From Obrimoposthia wandeli (taxonomy: Eukaryota): a DNA stretch of 64,000 nucleotides. Where the stretch lies: the NCBI GenBank assembly GCA_977020255.1, contig CDROCS010000253.1:4030001-4094000 (forward strand). Direction: 5' to 3'. The position numbers were made by a program, and so were the translations under genes. The notes beneath the pieces were generated by a model. It made no database searches, was not told the DNA's origin, and saw only the letters and a list, made by a program, of their open reading frames with translations. Shown in pieces: positions 1 through 8,440 of this stretch; within the stretch, counting starts at the first letter, position 1, and each line of letters starts with the position of its first letter.

Positions 1-2
1 CT

Positions 3-467
3 ATTTGGATGCAATCTTGTCATCCTGACAAACGTTTACACTCTCAAATGTGTGAATCAAAAGAATATAGAGAAACTTATACAGTACAAGATAGAGAGCC
101 TGTTTACTTAAATCCCGAAGATGCCAAACATCGTGGTATTAAAGATGGTGATGTAGTTCGAGTATTTAACGACCGCGGCCAATTACTTGCTGGTGCGGTA
201 GTCAGTAAAAATTATCCTAAAGGCGTTATTCGTATTCAAGAAGGTGCTTGGTATGGGCCAGTAGGAGATGATGGTGGCGTAACGGGCGGCGCTAAAATTG
301 GTGCACTTTGTAGTTATGGCGATCCAAATACCTTAACCCAAGATATTGGCTCCTCTAAATTAGCTCAAGCTTGCTCTGCTTATACTTGTTTAGTAGATTA
401 TGAGAAGTTTACTGGCAAATTACCGCAGGTAACTTCATTTTCAGGACCATTGGAGATTGGCGCATGA
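3..467 (+). CDS. torA: TMAO reductase molybdoenzyme, C-terminal part (5' end outside window)
   Basis: Reading frame is open from the window start. It has the molybdopterin dinucleotide-binding domain motifs ([36 protein letters not shown]) and overlaps a TorD gene. Confidence 0.85.
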   Translation: MWMQSCHPDKRLHSQMCESKEYRETYTVQDREPVYLNPEDAKHRGIKDGDVVRVFNDRGQLLAGAVVSKNYPKGVIRIQEGAWYGPVGDDGGVTGGAKIGALCSYGDPNTLTQDIGSSKLAQACSAYTCLVDYEKFTGKLPQVTSFSGPLEIGA

Positions 468-1147
468 ATAAAATAGCAAAAGAAGTGTCACCAGAGCTTA
501 TGTCTGAAAATCAGGCTAGAGTTGTTGTGTATAACTTCCTTTCTTCACTCTTTGCTAAAGAAGTGAATAAAGACTTAGTTAGCCAATTAACATCCGAGCA
601 GGGACAAAGTTTTTTAAGTGCTCTTGCGCTTGAGCCAACATTAACACCGAGCATTAAAGTGATATCCGCTGAGTTAGCACAGCTTAACTCAAAAGAGTCA
701 CTACTAGAGTTGGCTGCAGATTTTTGTGGCTTATTTTTAGTTGATGGCAGAACGAGTGTTTCACCTTATGCAGGACAATATATTACCAATGAGCTCCGTA
801 ATAATGCTATTAGTAATAGTGAAGCCACTAAGAATAAGAGAAAAGCCGATAAGATTCAGATTTTTGGTGAATTACATCAGTCTATGACTGAGTTTTTAAC
901 AACAAGTGATATGCAGATACACAGTGACTTTCCAGAGCCCGCAGATCATATTGCGGTAATGCTAGCCTACCTTGGTCACCTTTGTTTATCTGCGAGTATA
1001 GACAAGCAGATTAGCTTCATCGACACCTATTTAATGACTTGGCTAAGTAATTTTACTCAGCAAGTAACAAAGCATGACGCTGGTCATTTCTACACCGCAG
1101 TTGCGGAGTTAACGTTAGAGTGGTTAAAGTTAGAGGTAAGTAGCTAA
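464..1147 (+). CDS. torD: TorD-family molybdoenzyme maturation chaperone
   Basis: Motifs [12 protein letters not shown]...Y and [10 protein letters not shown] are present; ATGA overlap with torA. Confidence 0.85.
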   Translation: MNKIAKEVSPELMSENQARVVVYNFLSSLFAKEVNKDLVSQLTSEQGQSFLSALALEPTLTPSIKVISAELAQLNSKESLLELAADFCGLFLVDGRTSVSPYAGQYITNELRNNAISNSEATKNKRKADKIQIFGELHQSMTEFLTTSDMQIHSDFPEPADHIAVMLAYLGHLCLSASIDKQISFIDTYLMTWLSNFTQQVTKHDAGHFYTAVAELTLEWLKLEVSS

Positions 1148-1172
1148 ATCACAAAGTTAATTACATTTATAT

Positions 1173-1198
1173 AAAAGCTGATTCGTTCAGCTTTTTTT
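1173..1198 (+). terminator. Rho-independent terminator of the tor operon
   Basis: AAAAGCTGA-TTCGT-TCAGCTTTTTTT. Confidence 0.75.
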
Positions 1199-1544
1199 AT
1201 TGCCAAAATTTAGATAAGTACTGCTTTATGAGTTAAAAATTTGGTATTTTATACAATACATTTTTTCTGCGATGAAATTAATGAATCACCTTTAGCCATG
1301 TGGGAAAAAATTGAGGATGATATTTTGGGTTTTAAATTGGGTTTAACACTATCATGATGAAACTCAAGGTTAGTAGAGCTAGAATAGTTTCGACGGCCAA
1401 TTTTACTCTGTCTTTATTTATATTACTAATATGTGCCTTTAAACCGCACTTCAATCAAATATGGTGTGGCAAAAGCTCATTAACTGTTAATCTTGCTACT
1501 TACCTAAATGCTCACTATGTTACTAACGACATCGTAGCGCCTAA

Positions 1545-1585
1545 TAATACCAATTCCAATAACCAGCTATTACTCAATCAAGCGC
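1545..1585. repeat. Fragment of an ERIC-like MITE (TAATACCAATT end plus core)
   Basis: Reverse complement of 1551-1579 matches 47251-47279 at 25/29 nt. Confidence 0.5.
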
Positions 1586-1844
1586 ATGAACGTGTGTATG
1601 ACGTATTAATCCATTATAAATTTCACAGGTATAGATAGGAGAAGTAATGGTAAAAGTAGATAAATAGTCTCAGGACTGGAGATATTATGGCTATGAAATT
1701 AAATATGGTTCTAAATGGATGTTTTCGAGACGTATAAAAAGCGTTAAAAGCTAAATTTGTGATTATTAATAATGATATTGAGTAAGATGTTTACTGGGGG
1801 GGATGTAAAAATTGATTAACTGAGGTAACTGAACTTTGTAAAGA

Positions 1845-1929
1845 TGGTACCCGGAGCCGGACTTGAACCGGCACGCTTTTCGGCGAGGGATTTTAAATCC
1901 CTTGTGTCTACCAATTCCACCACCCGGGC
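1845..1929 (-). tRNA. tRNA-Leu(TAA)
   Basis: 85-nt class II cloverleaf, anticodon arm AGGGA-TT-TAA-AA-TCCCT, encoded CCA. Confidence 0.97.
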
Positions 1930-2049
1930 ATTGTATCTTTACGGCTTACACCAAAAGATAAGGGAGTATTTTTATAGTAGGTTGGTACCTACTCTTCATA
2001 AATTTATTTATCATTGCTGATTGACACTTGTCATAAACTTATAAAGATT

Positions 2050-2125
2050 TGGAGCGGCTAACGAGACTCGAACTCGTGACATTCACGTTGGCAACGTGAT
2101 GCTCTACCAGCTGAGCTACAGCCGC
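2050..2125 (-). tRNA. tRNA-Gly(GCC)
   Basis: 76 nt, anticodon arm TCACG-TT-GCC-AA-CGTGA, T-loop GTTCGA, CCA. Confidence 0.97.
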
Positions 2126-2166
2126 TTCATTAGAGCTTTACTTTTACTACTTTACTTCTAAATAAA

Positions 2167-2251
2167 TGGTACCCGGAGCCGGACTTGAACCGGCACGCTT
2201 TTCGGCGAGGGATTTTAAATCCCTTGTGTCTACCAATTCCACCACCCGGGC
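2167..2251 (-). tRNA. tRNA-Leu(TAA)
   Basis: Identical to the 1845-1929 copy. Confidence 0.97.
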
Positions 2252-2326
2252 ATTATTATCTAATAAGATAAAGGGAGTTTTTTATAGTAGGTATTGGTAA
2301 CCTACTTATTCATTTCAGTGAAATTT

Positions 2327-2402
2327 TGGAGCGGCTAACGAGACTCGAACTCGTGACATTCACGTTGGCAACGTGATGCTCTACCAGCTGAGCTACAGCC
2401 GC
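2327..2402 (-). tRNA. tRNA-Gly(GCC)
   Basis: Identical to the 2050-2125 copy. Confidence 0.97.
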
Positions 2403-2471
2403 TTCGTAGAATATTTATTTTCACTTACTACTTTTACAGGTAAAACTTCTTTTAGTATTACTAACTAAAAT

Positions 2472-2547
2472 TGGAGCGGCTAACGAGACTCGAACTCGTG
2501 ACATTCACGTTGGCAACGTGATGCTCTACCAGCTGAGCTACAGCCGC
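2472..2547 (-). tRNA. tRNA-Gly(GCC)
   Basis: Identical to the 2050-2125 copy. Confidence 0.97.
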
Positions 2548-2590
2548 TTCATGAGAGCTTTACTTTTTACTTCCCATCATCGTTAAGGAA

Positions 2591-2675
2591 TGGTACCCGG
2601 AGCCGGACTTGAACCGGCACGCTTTTCGGCGAGGGATTTTAAATCCCTTGTGTCTACCAATTCCACCACCCGGGC
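2591..2675 (-). tRNA. tRNA-Leu(TAA)
   Basis: Identical to the 1845-1929 copy. Confidence 0.97.
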
Positions 2676-2681
2676 ACAAAA

Positions 2682-2755
2682 TGGAGGCGGATACCAGAAT
2701 CGAACTGGTGTACACGGATTTGCAATCCGCTGCATAACCACTCTGCCAACCCGCC
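2682..2755 (-). tRNA. tRNA-Cys(GCA)
   Basis: 74 nt, anticodon arm GCGGA-TT-GCA-AA-TCCGT, CCA. Confidence 0.96.
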
Positions 2756-2815
2756 ATTTTGTTAACGATGTTTTCAATGATATCAATATCCAAGTTTGCT
2801 TTTATTAAGTTAAAT

Positions 2816-2891
2816 TGGAGCGGCTAACGAGACTCGAACTCGTGACATTCACGTTGGCAACGTGATGCTCTACCAGCTGAGCTACAGCCGC
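2816..2891 (-). tRNA. tRNA-Gly(GCC)
   Basis: Identical to the other Gly copies; first gene of the operon, in the glyW position downstream of pgsA. Confidence 0.97.
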
Positions 2892-3000
2892 TAAATTTAA
2901 ACTTAACAATTACAATCTTTAGTAAACCGATTAGCTAGATAATGTAACATCGTCTTGCTTTACTTCGTTTTACTTGCTGACTCCCTGTCAACAAAAACGC

Positions 3001-3028
3001 ATTCTACATCTTAATATTTTCCAGTCAA
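3001..3028 (-). promoter_or_regulatory. Sigma70 promoter of the Gly/Cys/Leu tRNA operon
   Basis: Minus strand TTGACT-16 nt-TAGAAT with an extended -10 TG, followed by GCG. Confidence 0.65.
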
Positions 3029-3141
3029 CTATTAAATCAACTTTTTATTCTAACTGCTTAAAAAGCGACTTGTTTGTGCTATTTTTAACTGAATGGTCTA
3101 TTAATTAGACCACATAGAATAAAACTAAGTTAACGATAAAC

Positions 3142-3723
3142 TTATTGCCCTTTTAATTCAGGCCACGCTGCTTTGAAATAACTAACCCAAGTAGTAACTG
3201 TTAACACTGTTGCTATTGAATAAAAGCCATAAGAGAGGTAATTAATCACTTCGTGAGGTAAATGGAACAGAATTAATGGAATATCATAACTTGGTTGCCA
3301 AATGAGCCCCATGATACCGAGCATTTGCGCTGCTGTTTTATATTTCCCCATATTAGACACGGCAATAATGTCCCGCTTTCCTATGGAAGACATAAATTCA
3401 CGTAAGGCACTAATGAACACTTCTCGAGCTATCATGATAATAGCGGCAATAGAGACCAACCATGAGCTATAGTCTTGTGCAATCATGACCAGAGCAACAA
3501 CAACCATCAGTTTATCAGCTACTGGGTCTATAAAAGCTCCAAATGCAGATGATTGATTGAGTTTTCTGGCAAGGTAGCCATCTAATATGTCACTAACTGC
3601 AGCCAACCAGAAAACGGCGAATGCACCAAAGTTACTCCACGAGAGAGGTAAATAGAAAATTATCAAGAAAACAGGGATCAAGGTGATCCTGAATAAGGTT
3701 ATTTGGTTAGGTATTGTCCACAT
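3142..3723 (-). CDS. pgsA: CDP-diacylglycerol--glycerol-3-phosphate 3-phosphatidyltransferase
   Basis: IPNQITLFRI and the CDP-alcohol phosphotransferase motif D.LDGYLARKLNQ.S.FGAF.DP.ADK; canonical uvrC-pgsA-glyW order. Confidence 0.95.
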   Translation of the reverse strand: MWTIPNQITLFRITLIPVFLIIFYLPLSWSNFGAFAVFWLAAVSDILDGYLARKLNQSSAFGAFIDPVADKLMVVVALVMIAQDYSSWLVSIAAIIMIAREVFISALREFMSSIGKRDIIAVSNMGKYKTAAQMLGIMGLIWQPSYDIPLILFHLPHEVINYLSYGFYSIATVLTVTTWVSYFKAAWPELKGQ

Positions 3724-3883
3724 TTACTTTTCACTGCAAGTATTTTTCTTTAGTTTACACAAGTTGTTATAGCAGTGCTACGGCAGAATAAGACAAGTTT
3801 AAGGAAAAGCTTTGAATAAAGCCTTGTATAGCAAAGCCTTATTAATTTTTTCTATCGGTGGTAGAAAGTACAGCTATTGTCGC

Positions 3884-5803
3884 TTATTTCTCATGTAAAG
3901 CATTATGGATTTTTTCAGCTAAAACATGGCTTATACCGGGTACTTTGGCTAAGGCGGTAATATCGGCCTGTATGACTTCTTGTAAGCCACCTAAAAATGT
4001 TAATAAACTTTGGCGTTTTTTTGCACCTATTCCTTCAATTGATTCCAAGCGAGACTTTTTACTGACCTTTTGTCTTTTTGCTCTGTGCCCTGCTATGGCG
4101 AAACGATGCGACTCATCACGAATATGCTGCACTAAATGCAATGCTGGCGAGGTAGCTGGCAAGGAAATCAACTGATGGCTACCGGCTAAGATTAACGTTT
4201 CTAAACCTGGCTTACGTGACTCACCTTTAGCAACACCCACTAACAATGGCGTTTTTGTTAGTGCAAGCTGACTAAAAAATTCTTCGGCTTTAGCAAGTTG
4301 TCCTTTGCCACCATCTACAAAGACAATATCAGGTAGCTTTTCTAATGCACTATGCTCTTCAGGCTTAGTTGGCTTAGGTTTTAATTTTCCATAACGTTTA
4401 TTTAAAGCAAATGCCATGGCAGCATAATCATCGCCAGGAGTGATGCCGAAGACATTATAACGGCGATAATCCGTTTTAAGTGGCCCCTCTTGGTTAAATA
4501 CAACATTAGAGGCTACTGTTTGTTGCCCCATGGTATGGCTTATATCAAAACACTCAATACGGTGAATACCATTTTCTAGCTCAAATACTTCGTTTAACGC
4601 AACAAAGCGAGCTTGCATTGATTCTTTGTGACTATTTCGGGTAACGAGAGCTGTATGTGCGTTAGTCCCTGCTAACTTTAAGTACTGAGCTCGTTCGCTA
4701 CGGGTATTGGTGGAGATCTTAACGTCATACTCGGCTTGTTCACTAAGTAGTGCAGCTAGCTCTGTTACCTGTTCAATTGACTCTTTAATGACAATCTCTT
4801 TTGGAATACTACGCTGTACTTTGCCATGACTTAACGTTTCATTGCTTAAGTAATGCTGAGCAATAAACGCTTGTAATATTTCACTGTCACTACTTTCACT
4901 GGGCACCGTTGGGAAATAACTCTTACTGCCTAAAATTTTATGCTGCCTAATAAAGAGCAGGTGGATACACACTTGAGTTTTATCTCGATATAAGCCCACC
5001 ACATCAAGCTCAGCCACATGACCACTTACGTGTTGCTGCTGTTGAACTTTACGTAACGTTACTATTTGATCGCGAAATTTTGCCGCGAGCTCAAAGTGTA
5101 GTTCATTGCTTGCTAATTCCATTTTGGTAACTAACTGTTCAATTACCGCTGAGCTTTTTCCTTGCAAAAATAACTTAGCTAGATTGACTTGTACTTGATA
5201 ATCATCAACCGATATTTTATCGACACAAGGCGCTGAGCAACGGCCTAGTTGATGTTGTAAACAGGGTCTTGACCGTGCGCGATAGTAGCTGTCTTCACAT
5301 TGCCTAATCGGAAATATTTTTTGCATCAAGCGCAAGCTTTCCCAAACAGCGCCAACCGTCGGAAATGGACCAAAATACTCACCTTTTACTTTCTTACCAC
5401 CACGGTGCAAACCTAACTTGGGATGCTTATGCGCTGTAATGAGTAAATAAGGATATGACTTATCATCACGTAATAAAATATTGTATTTGGGTTGATACTT
5501 TTTGATGTAGTTATTTTCAAGGATCAGCGCCTCACCTTCCGTATGGGTCACGGTAACTTCAATGGCGGCAATCTGCTTAACTAATACTTGTGTTTTAACT
5601 GAGCCAACATCTTTACGAAAATAACTCGCAAGACGCTTTTTTAGCTGCTTGGCTTTACCTACATAAATGACCACTTGCTTACTATCATACATTCGATAGA
5701 CACCGGCTTGCTCGGTAACTACACGCAAAAAAGCCTCACTATCGAAAGTTGAGGCTTTTTTGGTTTGATTGTGTTCTACATTATCAGTGGTTTTGTCTGG
5801 CAT
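3884..5803 (-). CDS. uvrC: Excinuclease ABC subunit C
   Basis: GIY-YIG (GVYRM..IYVGKA), UVR domain, RNaseH-like ECFDISH, HhH GIGAKKR. Confidence 0.97.
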   Translation of the reverse strand: MPDKTTDNVEHNQTKKASTFDSEAFLRVVTEQAGVYRMYDSKQVVIYVGKAKQLKKRLASYFRKDVGSVKTQVLVKQIAAIEVTVTHTEGEALILENNYIKKYQPKYNILLRDDKSYPYLLITAHKHPKLGLHRGGKKVKGEYFGPFPTVGAVWESLRLMQKIFPIRQCEDSYYRARSRPCLQHQLGRCSAPCVDKISVDDYQVQVNLAKLFLQGKSSAVIEQLVTKMELASNELHFELAAKFRDQIVTLRKVQQQQHVSGHVAELDVVGLYRDKTQVCIHLLFIRQHKILGSKSYFPTVPSESSDSEILQAFIAQHYLSNETLSHGKVQRSIPKEIVIKESIEQVTELAALLSEQAEYDVKISTNTRSERAQYLKLAGTNAHTALVTRNSHKESMQARFVALNEVFELENGIHRIECFDISHTMGQQTVASNVVFNQEGPLKTDYRRYNVFGITPGDDYAAMAFALNKRYGKLKPKPTKPEEHSALEKLPDIVFVDGGKGQLAKAEEFFSQLALTKTPLLVGVAKGESRKPGLETLILAGSHQLISLPATSPALHLVQHIRDESHRFAIAGHRAKRQKVSKKSRLESIEGIGAKKRQSLLTFLGGLQEVIQADITALAKVPGISHVLAEKIHNALHEK

Positions 5804-5830
5804 TGAGGCTAATCTTTTTAAAGAGATCTA

Positions 5831-6094
5831 GGGTCTGTTGACCTTTCGCGGTTAAATTTTGTTCGAGATAAAAGCGTTTTAATCGCGGCGAGTAGTGTGT
5901 AGCCTAGTCACTCTAAGCAAATACTATTCAACAAAGAGTAAAGCGCTTTTAGCCGAATTCTTCGGACAGCCTTTGTTGGACATTTTTACGGCGTTATCGT
6001 CTTTTTATGTGGAACAACCACATGACAAAGGCTCTGCCTGGTATAAATCCCCAACAAATAGCTGCAAAAACAATCTCGAAAGTTCAACAGACCC
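5831..6094. mobile_element. 264-bp non-autonomous MITE with 18-bp terminal inverted repeats and TA target duplication
   Basis: Left end GGGTCTGTTGACCTTTCG; right end reverse-complements to GGGTCTGTTGAACTTTCG (17/18). Flanked by TA at 5829-5830 and 6095-6096. No transposase. Confidence 0.85.
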
Positions 6095-6747
6095 TACAGT
6101 TTTTCTGTTTTTAACATACCATAGCGAATTGCTAAATGCGTTAGCTCAACATCATTACTGACATTAAGTTTTTCAAACATCCGATAACGATAACTGTTAA
6201 TCGTTTTAGTACTCAAATTTAGATGCTCAGAAATAGCGGGTACTTTATCACCACGCGTTATCATGATCATAATCTGTAATTCTCGATCAGATAAAGTATT
6301 AAAAGGGTTATCTTCAACCGATTTAAATTGGTTCAATGCCATTTTTTGAGCTATATCAGAAGGAAGATAGCGTTGACCACTATGGACAGCACGAATAGCA
6401 TTAACCATTTCATCTGGGCCAGCTTCTTTGGTTAAATAGCCAGCGGCACCCATCTGCATTACCTTACTAGGAAACGGGTCTTCGGTATGTGCAGTTAACA
6501 CAATAATTTTAACATCTGGCGCAAAGCGTAAGATTTTCTTGGTCGCCTCAAGTCCACCCATGCCCGGCATATCCATGTCCATGAGTAAAACATCAGGTTC
6601 ACTGTTTCGACAGTATTTAATTGCCTCTTCACCTGTTTCACATTCGCCAACAACCTTCAATCCTTTGACGCACGTTAAAATTTTACTAATACCGACACGT
6701 ACAAGGTGGTGATCATCAACCAATAAAACATTTATCACGCAAGGCAA
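6094..6747 (-). CDS. uvrY: NarL/LuxR-family response regulator UvrY/GacA
   Basis: REC domain (LLVDDH, DVLLMDMDMPG) plus LuxR HTH (LSDRELQI..STKTINSYRYRMFEKL); directly upstream of uvrC. Confidence 0.95.
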   Translation of the reverse strand: MPCVINVLLVDDHHLVRVGISKILTCVKGLKVVGECETGEEAIKYCRNSEPDVLLMDMDMPGMGGLEATKKILRFAPDVKIIVLTAHTEDPFPSKVMQMGAAGYLTKEAGPDEMVNAIRAVHSGQRYLPSDIAQKMALNQFKSVEDNPFNTLSDRELQIMIMITRGDKVPAISEHLNLSTKTINSYRYRMFEKLNVSNDVELTHLAIRYGMLKTEKL

Positions 6748-6905
6748 CCTTAATTAGATATAAAAGCAGCAAGAATATAGCTAAACCACTGACTATTCAA
6801 TTTAATACTCTCAAATATTATAGAATACTAATACTATTAAGCGTTTTTACTCTAACCATTATGTAAAAAGCACAACTACCTATGAATTATTTTTATTAAC
6901 TACAA

Positions 6906-7187
6906 TTAGAGCTTATTATTTTTTAACCAGCTATTTAACAAACCTACTTGGCCATTTTTATAAGCCGCATACGTTAGTCGTACCGCATTACTCAATATAA
7001 CACTATCAGACCAGTTAGTTTGCTCACTAATAAGTTGATAACAATGCTTGGCTTCAGGTGACATATAACCGCGCATTTCCTGTAAACCACGCTCTTTTTG
7101 TCGTTCGCGATAGCGCTTTTGCTTCTCAGCATTGCTCATGGCAACTTTTTTAATAGGCAACTCATTCGTTTGTTCGACGTTTTTCAT
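6906..7187 (-). CDS. Small hypothetical protein, possibly DNA-binding
   Basis: 93-aa ORF with the basic motif MSNAEKQKRYRERQKERG typical of small RHH-like proteins; function not assignable. Confidence 0.65.
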   Translation of the reverse strand: MKNVEQTNELPIKKVAMSNAEKQKRYRERQKERGLQEMRGYMSPEAKHCYQLISEQTNWSDSVILSNAVRLTYAAYKNGQVGLLNSWLKNNKL

Positions 7188-7292
7188 GACAACTTAGTTT
7201 ATTTCTAGTTACATACACCTATAATTACGTATAACAGCAGCATAATCAAGATATGAAATAAATTTGATGTGACACAAATTTTTTAAATATTT

Positions 7293-7309
7293 AACTGTTC
7301 AGAGTTGTT
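7293..7309 (+). promoter_or_regulatory. FadR-binding site upstream of fabA
   Basis: AACTGTTCAGAGTTGTT resembles the E. coli fabA FadR site AACTGATCGGACTTGTT (14/17, site recalled from memory). Confidence 0.7.
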
Positions 7310-7310
7310 T

Positions 7311-7328
7311 AGTGTACAAGTGTACGCT
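7311..7328 (+). promoter_or_regulatory. FabR-binding site upstream of fabA
   Basis: AGTGTACAAGTGTACGCT resembles the FabR palindrome (G/A)GCGTACAnnTGTACGCT and sits immediately after the FadR site, as at E. coli fabA. Confidence 0.75.
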
Positions 7329-7369
7329 AAAGTAACCCTCTAAAATTTATTATCGGATTTCAGCTTATT

Positions 7370-7891
7370 ATGGCTATGCCACAACAAAACTCATACAGTA
7401 AAGAAGATCTAGTAAAAGCAGGCACAGGGGAATTATTTGGTGAAGGTAATTCACAACTTCCTTCTGATAACATGCTGATGATGGATCGTATTATTACCAT
7501 CTCTGAAGACGGTGGTGAAAATGGTAAAGGCTACATCTTAGCCGAATTAGATATTACACCTGATCTATGGTTTTTTGATTGTCACTTTAAGGGTGATCCG
7601 GTAATGCCTGGTTGTTTAGGTTTAGATGCTATGTGGCAACTTGTTGGATTTTTCTTAGCTTGGACTGGTGGTCCGGGTAAAGGTCGTGCCTTAGGTGTCG
7701 GTGAAGTTAAATTTACCGGTCAAATCCTACCTACAGCAAAAAAAGTTACCTTTAAAATAGACTTTAAGCGTGTTATTAAACGCAAACTTTACATGGGTCT
7801 TGCTGACGGTAGCGTAAGTGTTGATGGTCGTGAGATTTACACTGCTAAAGATCTTAAAGTAGGTTTATTTACTGATACCAGTAAGTTCTAA
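7370..7891 (+). CDS. fabA: 3-hydroxydecanoyl-ACP dehydratase/isomerase
   Basis: [29 protein letters not shown] active-site motif. Confidence 0.97.
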   Translation: MAMPQQNSYSKEDLVKAGTGELFGEGNSQLPSDNMLMMDRIITISEDGGENGKGYILAELDITPDLWFFDCHFKGDPVMPGCLGLDAMWQLVGFFLAWTGGPGKGRALGVGEVKFTGQILPTAKKVTFKIDFKRVIKRKLYMGLADGSVSVDGREIYTAKDLKVGLFTDTSKF

Positions 7892-7920
7892 AGCAATACC
7901 TACGCGATAAGTTTACATTG

Positions 7921-7949
7921 AAAAAGCCCAGCAAGTTGCTGGGCTTTTT
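7921..7949. terminator. Bidirectional terminator between fabA and rmf
   Basis: AAAAAGCCCAGCAA-G-TTGCTGGGCTTTTT. Confidence 0.85.
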
Positions 7950-8020
7950 AATATATTGATTAAGCTTAATTCAAATTAATTCAAATACTGTTGAGCTATT
8001 GTTGATAAAACAAAAAATGT

Positions 8021-8197
8021 TTATTTAAACAGCCCCTGTTGTTTCTCATCTATGGCTTCTCGCCATCCGCCAAGCCATTGTGACTTTATTGAGTCAGTCT
8101 GGTACGGGCAATGTTCCTTAGAACGACCAGATATACCTGCTTGGTAACCTCTTGTATGTGCCCTATTTTGGCGATCGCGTTTTTGCCGCTTCATCAT
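8021..8197 (-). CDS. rmf: Ribosome modulation factor
   Basis: MKRQKRDR...RGYQAGISGRSKEHCPYQ....SQWLGGWREA; start placed after the AAGGAG SD rather than at 8272. Confidence 0.95.
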   Translation of the reverse strand: MMKRQKRDRQNRAHTRGYQAGISGRSKEHCPYQTDSIKSQWLGGWREAIDEKQQGLFK

Positions 8198-8357
8198 AAA
8201 TACACGCTCCTTGGTTGTACTTAATAGAGACATCAATATCAATGTAAATATGAATGAAAATTCAACAGTCATTCATCAAATAGATATTGGACAACTCCAT
8301 TAAGCATAGCTCAAGAAAATCGAAATACAATGAATTTCAACATCAATTTTTGGTCAT

Positions 8358-8385
8358 AAAAAAAGCACTCTACAGTGCTTTTTTT
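8358..8385 (-). terminator. Terminator downstream of the DUF3466 gene
   Basis: AAAAAAAGCAC-TCTACA-GTGCTTTTTTT. Confidence 0.65.
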
Positions 8386-8440
8386 ATATGCTTAACAATC
8401 AATAATTAAGCGTTTAAATTTAATTTTCTTTCTGAAAAAA

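Noticed and set aside
1354-1638. 94-aa ORF
   Set aside because: No recognisable motif, and it runs through a MITE fragment; probably spurious.
2560-2808. Three 67-77 aa ORFs in the ORF track
   Set aside because: They are translations of tRNA-Leu/Cys sequence.
5895-6161. 88-aa ORF between uvrC and uvrY
   Set aside because: Lies within the MITE and antisense to the uvrY 3' end.
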